DNA of 5,754 bases from Octopus sinensis (taxonomy: Eukaryota): the NCBI RefSeq assembly GCF_006345805.1, contig NW_021829952.1:1-5754 (forward strand), given 5' to 3'. Both the position numbers and the translations under genes were made by a program. Shown in pieces: positions 1-4,552 of this stretch (position 1 is its first letter; each line of letters begins with the position of its first letter). Under the pieces are notes generated by a model. The model did no database searches and was not told the origin of the DNA. It saw only the letters and a program-made list of their open reading frames with translations.

Positions 1-51
1 TATATATGCATACATATATACATAACATATTACACTATACATAATATATAC
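1..51. repeat. Degenerate (TA)n/(TACA)n microsatellite
   Basis: Alternating TA with interspersed C/G; runs off the window start. Confidence 0.9.
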
Positions 52-56
52 ATATA

Positions 57-183
57 CTTTATTTAAAGGAGCAGAAAATTCAACAAAACCTGTTACTCTG
101 AGTTTCACGTTCCCGTCCGACGAATGGGGACGTGAAACTCAGAGTAACAGGTTTTGTTGAATTTTCTGCTGCTTTAAATAAAG
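57..183. repeat. Long inverted repeat: 60-bp arms (57-116 / 124-183) with a 7-nt loop CCGACGA
   Basis: 57 of 60 positions are complementary. Non-WC pairs: 69/171 (G-G), 111/129 (T-G), 115/125 (G-T). Pairing resumes at 52-55/185-188 after one mismatch. Confidence 0.97.
113..150 (+). ncRNA. Minimal type I hammerhead ribozyme, U4C core variant
   Basis: Core CCGACGA (117-123); stem II AUG-[GGGA GNRA loop]-CGU (124-133); GAAA (134-137); stem III A-CUC-A-GAG-U (quasi-palindrome ACUCAGAGU); cleavage triplet GUA (144-146); stem I CCGU (113-116)/ACAG (147-150) with 3 of 4 pairs. Confidence 0.65.
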
Positions 184-253
184 CATATTACTCTACCACT
201 GGTATTTGAGTACTCTTTTTTCCACCTTGTTTCACATTTATGTTTACTCCGGT

Positions 254-296
254 ATATATACATATATATATATATTCATATATATACATATATATA
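254..296. repeat. (TA)n microsatellite
   Basis: Direct reading. Confidence 0.9.
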
Positions 297-682
297 TTCT
301 TTAATTCTTTAACTTGTTTCAGTCATTTGACTGCAGCCATGCTGGAGTACCGCCTTTAGTCGAGCAAATCGACCCCAGGACTTAGTCTTTGTAAGCCTAG
401 TACTTATTCTAGCGGTCTCTTTTGCCGAACCGCTAAGTTACAGGAATGCAAACACACTAGCATCGGTTGTCAAACGATGTTGGGGGAACAAACACACAAA
501 CATATATATATATACATACGACGGGCTTCTTTCAGTTTCCGTCTACCAAATCCACTCACAAGGCTTTGGTCGGCCCGAGGCTATAGTAGAAGACATTTTC
601 CCAAGATGCCACGCAGTGGGACTGAACCCGGAACCATGAGGTTGGTAAGCAAGCCACTTACCACACAGCCACTCCTACGCCT
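297..682 (-). mobile_element. Full-length tRNA-derived SINE, family 1 (CORE-like central domain; resembles Octopus OR-type SINEs)
   Basis: Minus-strand head AGGCGTAGGAG; box A TGGCTGTGTGG (661-671); box B GGTTCAGTCC (619-628); CORE-like CTTGGGAAAATGTCTTCTACTATAGCCTC; internal TA/TG tract; 3' stem-loop CAGTC-AAAT-GACTG; (TAAAGAA)-type tandem tail. A second copy lies at 3114-3395. Confidence 0.88.
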
Positions 683-832
683 TGTTGGTTTTTTTTTTTT
701 TTAATTTCACAATCCAATTTGCATATCTCTTACCTACCACTTTTTTTTCCTTTTTAATTTGTCTTTCTAATGTCATTTTAACAGTCCACTCTTGTAGCAT
801 ATAAAATAAATTATTACTATTTTTATTTTATT

Positions 833-1070
833 AAGGTGGTGAGCTGCTGGCATTATTAGCACACCGGGTGAAATGCTTAGTGGTATTTTGCATTACATGT
901 TCTGGGTTCAAATTCTGCCAAGGTGGACTTTGCCTTTCATCCTTTCGGGTTCGGTAAATTAAGCACCAGTTAAGCACTGGGGTCAATGTAATCAATTTAT
1001 TCCCTCCTGCAAAATTTCTGGCCTTGTACCTATAGTAGAAAAGACTATTATTATTAATATTATTATTATT
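833..1070 (+). mobile_element. tRNA-derived SINE, family 2, copy A with (ATT)n tail
   Basis: Head AAGGTGGTGAGCTG; box B GGTTCAAATTC (905-915); colinear with copies B and C; tail 1046-1070. Confidence 0.8.
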
Positions 1071-1073
1071 CTG

Positions 1074-1340
1074 ATGGCAAGTTGACAGAATCATTACAGT
1101 ACCGGACAAAATGCTACCAAGTGTTTTCTCTATCTTTATGTTCTGAGTTCAAATTATGCTGAGGGACATTGCCTGCCATCCTTTTGGGGTCAATAAAATA
1201 AGTTCCATTTGAGCACCAGGGTCAATGCAATCAACTAACCTCATTATCTGCCGAAATTACAGGCCTTGTGCCAAAATTTGAAACCATTATTATTATTATC
1301 ATCATCATCATCGTCATCATCATCAGTATTAGTACTATTA
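1074..1340 (+). mobile_element. tRNA-derived SINE, family 2, copy B with (ATT)n-(ATC)n tail
   Basis: Box B GAGTTCAAATT (1145-1155); colinear with copy A; 3' end CAGGCCTTGTGCCAAAATTTGAA (1260-1282); tail 1286-1340. Confidence 0.8.
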
Positions 1341-1530
1341 AATTGTCAATTTGGCAGAAATGTTAGTGTATTGGCCAAAATGTTTAGATGCATTTGTTCC
1401 AACTCTCAGCATTCTGAGTTCAACTTTATTTTACATCTTTTCAGGATTGATAAAATAGAGCACTAATCGAGTACCCCTTAAAATTGCAGGCCTTGTGCCA
1501 AAATTTGAAGCCATTATTATCATTATTATT
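1341..1530 (+). mobile_element. tRNA-derived SINE, family 2, copy C (decayed, internally deleted)
   Basis: TTGGCAGAAATGTTAG head; GAGTTCAA (1416-1423); 23-nt 3' block (1487-1509) identical to copy B; (ATT)n tail. Confidence 0.72.
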
Positions 1531-1807
1531 AATGAAGGCTGACCAGTGGCTAAACAACAACCACACCATCTGTCCAACTATGTTTAAAGCATTATTTTAT
1601 TTGACCAGATGCTTATTTACCTTACAGGAAATATTTCTTAGTTTCTCCTATAATTAATCAATATAGGAAAGATGGAGGGGGGATTTATTGATTTTTTTCT
1701 CTTGTCTGTAGACCACACCTAGTGAAACCTCTTTGTCTTCACCATAACTCAAGATCTACAGAAACTAAGCTGTCTATTCTTAGCAGAATACTACTTCATT
1801 AATCCAA

Positions 1808-1869
1808 ATATATACATATACATATATATATACATATACATATATATATATATACATATATACATATAC

Positions 1870-1902
<33 letters not shown>

Positions 1903-1928
1903 ACATGCATATACATATACATACATAT
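1808..1928. repeat. (TA)n/(TACA)n microsatellite, left half of the array split by the solo LTR
   Basis: Direct reading. Confidence 0.92.
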
Positions 1929-2733
1929 TGTTACGGACCACCCTCGCTTAGTCGAACGGAGAATTCGCCACACAGAGAGGACTCGGTGGGGATGGCAGTG
2001 GCGAACACAACAACCGGCGACCGGAGATATGACAACAACAACAACAGGAAGAGATACAGAGATATGGCGGAAGGCAATTGGCTACATTTAACAACAGTTT
2101 ATACAAATATTACAACAAATACAATGTGATACATCAGGTACATCAAAGTAAATACAAGCAACAGAATCAACAGCATGCAGATGCAATATACAGTTCAGAG
2201 ACAACAGTTCAAATCCAATTAAAGCAAATAACGTTCACATTAACGATACAGTTCAATACATTAGAGTCTTTCTCCTTCTTTCTTTAACAGTTCTTTCTTT
2301 TCCTCTCTCCTTCTTTCTCTTTTTTTTCCAACACATTAATTCTTTTTCCTTCTTTTTTTCACATATCAAAACATAATTAAACACATACCGTCAACAACAG
2401 CAAAGTGCCCTCATACCGTAGTCCCTCTCTCTTAGCTCTGTAATACTCTCTGCCTGTCTTCCTCTTTCACATTCTCTATCATTCTCTCGCTTGTCAGCTC
2501 CTCAGATTCCCTGTCTCTCGTATCAGTCCCGTTTCTTCTAGAGCTCCCAGCCGACTGTGTTTACAGCTCACAGTTCCTCCTTTTTAAGGGGTGTTTTTCA
2601 ACAAACTTTCTTTCACCTGTAAGAGTCGCAGGTCTCCCCAGAACTAATCAATCCACCTGAATCTGACAGGACAATGGATTTATTCCAAAAGTAGGTCGCA
2701 ACCAACTGTCCTTAAATTGAACCATTCATAACA
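1929..2733 (-). mobile_element. Solo LTR, 805 bp, probably Ty3/Gypsy
   Basis: Termini TGTTA (1929-1933) and TAACA (2729-2733); terminal inverted match 7/9; 4-bp TSD ATAT (1925-1928 / 2734-2737); no internal domain, PBS or PPT in the flanks. The minus strand shows a TATA-like TTAAAAAGG (~2579-2587), a purine-rich tract, a poly(A)-signal variant TATAAA (2098-2103) and a downstream GT-rich U5-like end. Orientation is inferred. Confidence 0.82.
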
Positions 2734-2825
2734 ATATATATACATATACATACATACATATACATGCATATACATACATATACATACATACATATACACA
2801 TACATACATATACATAAATATATAT
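2734..2825. repeat. (TACA)n/(TA)n microsatellite, right half of the split array
   Basis: Direct reading. Confidence 0.92.
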
Positions 2826-2936
2826 TTCAAAATGTGACCTCATGTGTACCGTTGGTGATTTTTTTTCCCTCTGTCTTCCCTTCTCTGGATCTTTCCTTCT
2901 CCTATGTTTCCGACAAAGAGCTCCGCTCGAAACGTT
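2826..2936 (+). mobile_element. PLE-type fragment ending in a hammerhead motif
   Basis: Pyrimidine-rich leader followed by CCGACAAAGAGCTCCGCTCGAAACGTT; the CGAAACGTT ending is typical of PLE hammerheads (established knowledge). Confidence 0.55.
2906..2936 (+). ncRNA. Degenerate minimal hammerhead (C4 and A8 substitutions, extra A after A9, 3' strand of stem I absent)
   Basis: CCGACAA (2910-2916) + A; stem II GAGC-UCC-GCUC (2918-2928); GAAAC (2929-2933); palindromic stem III AACGUU; triplet GUU (2934-2936). Confidence 0.55.
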
Positions 2937-3037
2937 GGCAAATCATACAATGAAAAACTTAAGCCAATACATAAGATTATTTAATTTATATTATTTAAAT
3001 ATATAACAAAATTATTAAATAAATATAATTAATATAA

Positions 3038-3101
3038 CACTACGATCGTTTCATGGCTGTTAATTTCTTTAAATTTTCGAGTTACAGTCATTCATCAGGT
3101 G
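3038..3101 (-). ncRNA. Type I hammerhead ribozyme with an intact canonical core
   Basis: Minus strand: CAC | CUGAUGA (3098-3092) | stem II AUG-A-CUGU...ACAG-C-CAU | GAAA (3052-3049) | C-GAUC-G | UA | GUG. Stem III is the perfect palindrome ACGAUCGU (3042-3049). Triplet GUA (3043-3041); stem I CAC/GUG. Confidence 0.82.
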
Positions 3102-3113
3102 GTTTAAATATTT

Positions 3114-3395
3114 GCCTTGTGAGTGGATTTGGTAGACGGAAACTGAAAGAAGCCTGTCGTACATATGTAAATATATATATGGGTGTGTGTTTGTGTTTGT
3201 CCCCCTAGCATTGCTTGACAATCGATGCTGTTTACGTCCCCGTCACTTAGCGGTTCGGCAAAAGACACGATAGAATAAGTACTGGGCTTACAAAGAATAA
3301 GTCCCGGGGTTGATTTTGCTCGACTAAAGGCGGTGCTCCAGCCATGGCCGCAGTCAAATGACTGAAACAAGTAAAAGAGTAAAAGGTAAAAAGAG
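3114..3395 (+). mobile_element. 5'-truncated SINE, family 1 (no tRNA head)
   Basis: The first 41 nt are identical to the reverse complement of 524-564; colinear through the CAGTCAAATGACTG stem-loop to a (GTAAAAGA)-type tail. Confidence 0.9.
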
Positions 3396-3437
<42 letters not shown>

Positions 3438-3455
3438 TATAATATATAAATATAT
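3396..3455. repeat. (TA)n microsatellite lying inside the SINE target-site duplication
   Basis: Located between the SINE tail and the right TSD copy (3456-3468). Confidence 0.92.
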
Positions 3456-3724
3456 GTTTAAATATTTGTTGTGCAAGATTTTTTATGTGAAGTCGTGTGT
3501 TGAAACAGATATTGTTTTCGATTAGATTTTCTTTTTTTCGATTAGAACTCTAGCCAAAATAAGATTAAGATTAATGTAAAAAGTAAATATCACTGAAGCA
3601 AAATAACACCAAATATATAGTGTGTGTGTTTTTATTGGCTAAACTGGCAAAATGACCATTCCGAAATATAAAAATATATAAATATACATATATATAAATA
3701 TGTATATATAAATTTATAAATAAG

Positions 3725-3756
3725 GATAATATCGATATTTAAATATCGGTATTATC
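3725..3756. repeat. 32-bp spacer-less palindrome
   Basis: GATAATATCGATATTT|AAATATCGGTATTATC; only 3732/3749 is non-WC (T-G). Confidence 0.9.
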
Positions 3757-3790
3757 AAGTGGCCAGCATACAAAGGTAATAATTTTTTAC

Positions 3791-3980
3791 AACTAAACAT
3801 AAGGGTGTCTGAGAGACACCACCATGCCGAAATAGCAGTCAAATCCCTGACTCTAAGAACCACCTTAAATGTTCGTATTGCATCATGGTGCAATACGAAC
3901 ATTTAAGGTGGTTCTTAGAGTCAGGGATTTGACTGCTATTTCGGCATGGTGGTGTCTCTCAGACACCCTTATTTTTAGTT
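3791..3980. repeat. 190-bp near-perfect palindrome (95-bp arms, essentially no spacer)
   Basis: Positions pair with coordinate sum 7771; the only mismatches are 3798/3973 and 3883/3888; centre GCATCATGGTGC. Confidence 0.98.
3802..3848 (+). ncRNA. Degenerate hammerhead-like motif (mirrored on the minus strand at 3923-3969)
   Basis: CUGA-GA (3809-3814, N7 missing); stem II GACA-CCACCA-UGCC (3 of 4 pairs); GAAA (3829-3832); UAGCA; GUC (3838-3840); stem I AGGGUGU/AAAUCCCU with 6 pairs, one mismatch and one bulge. Confidence 0.45.
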
Positions 3981-4102
3981 TATATATATATATATGTGTA
4001 TATATATATATATATGTGTGAGTGTGTATATATATATATATGTATATATATATGCATAATATGTATATATATATGTATATATATATATATATGTATATAT
4101 AT
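3981..4102. repeat. (TA)n/(TG) microsatellite
   Basis: Direct reading. Confidence 0.93.
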
Positions 4103-4405
4103 ATCATGTGATCACGTGACCGACCAGTCCATCAGATGTTGCTACACATCGCTGGTCACAATGCGTTTGCATTGTTTTAGCCTTCGAATGACGCCACACC
4201 ACTGGCTAAGCGAGCTGGCCAACAGAAGAAAGAGTGAGAGAAAGAGTGGTGAAAGAGTGCAGCAGGGATCACCACGCCCTGCCGGAGCCTCATGGAGCTT
4301 TTAGGTGTTTTCGCTCAATAGACACTCAACGCCCGGTCTGGGAATCGAAACCGCGATCCTACGACCGCGAGTTGCTGCCATAACACTGGGCCATTGCGCC
4401 TCCAC
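4103..4405 (-). mobile_element. Full-length tRNA-derived SINE, family 3
   Basis: Minus-strand head GGAGGCGCAA; box A TGGCCCAGTG (4384-4393); box B GGTTTCGATTCCC (4340-4352); CpG-rich body; 8-nt tandem tail CACGTGAT-CACATGAT. Confidence 0.85.
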
Positions 4406-4552
4406 ATGTATATTATAAGTATATATATAAGTATATATTATATATATATATATATATCTATATATATATTATATATATTATATGTATCTATATATATATA
4501 TATGTATGTATATAACATACGTATATATATATATATATGTGTGTATATGTAT
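4406..4552. repeat. (TA)n microsatellite
   Basis: Direct reading. Confidence 0.93.

Larger units (their letters stand above)
52..253 (+). mobile_element. Penelope-like element (PLE) terminal fragment with inverted partial duplication (pseudo-LTR-like fold-back)
   Basis: Non-microsatellite island between two TA arrays. It carries a hammerhead-like motif (113-150), an inverted copy of its own 5' part (57-116), and an unduplicated 3' extension (189-253). Hammerhead plus inverted truncated repeat is the established PLE pLTR architecture; the family assignment is inference. Confidence 0.6.
2937..3670 (-). mobile_element. AT-rich PLE-type element interrupted by the SINE insertion at 3114-3455
   Basis: Contains a canonical hammerhead on the minus strand. 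The 13-bp duplication GTTTAAATATTTG (3102-3114 / 3456-3468) shows 2937-3114 and 3456 onward were once contiguous. Outer boundaries are approximate. Confidence 0.55.

Noticed and set aside
1621-1755. 135-nt minus-strand exon (acceptor TTTCTGTAG at 1756, donor at 1620) or a plus-strand exon after the acceptor at 1711
   Set aside because: The minus-strand version has stops in all three frames; the plus-strand version has no downstream donor and only short open frames.
477-2287. Short ORFs 477-704, 831-1109, 1266-1466, 1791-1973, 1905-2129 and 2078-2287
   Set aside because: They run through SINEs, microsatellites or the LTR. Poly-S, poly-N and YI/HI runs are translated simple repeats.
2485-2505. 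Minus-strand CUGAGGA-GCU-GACA-AGC-GAGA in the LTR, suggesting a retrozyme-like hammerhead
   Set aside because: GAGA replaces GAAA, and no stem III or stem I partner can be formed; treated as chance in a GA-rich tract.
3345-3395. Family 1 SINE as the partner of the LINE at 4553-5754
   Set aside because: Both end in a 5-bp stem with a 4-nt loop, but the stems, loops (AAAU vs AUAC) and tail repeats share no sequence.
3515-3546. Direct repeat TTTTCGATTAGA (3515-3526 / 3535-3546) as a CRISPR-like array or TSD
   Set aside because: Only two units with a 20-bp period; best explained as a local slippage duplication.
57-3980. The hairpins at 57-183 and 3791-3980 as MITEs, terminators or pre-miRNAs
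   Set aside because: There is no internal spacer or clear TSD, one arm continues into unduplicated element sequence, the context is eukaryotic, and the arms are longer and more perfect than typical pre-miRNAs.
3104-4304. ORFs 3104-3370, 3714-3902, 3883-4107 and 3996-4304
   Set aside because: Translations of SINE, palindrome and (TA)n sequence with no recognisable domain; no GIY-YIG or RT motif is visible.
4330-4405. SINE heads (also 610-682 and 833-920) as genuine tRNA genes
   Set aside because: Boxes A and B are present, but no proper acceptor stem can be formed and each continues into a SINE body and tail.
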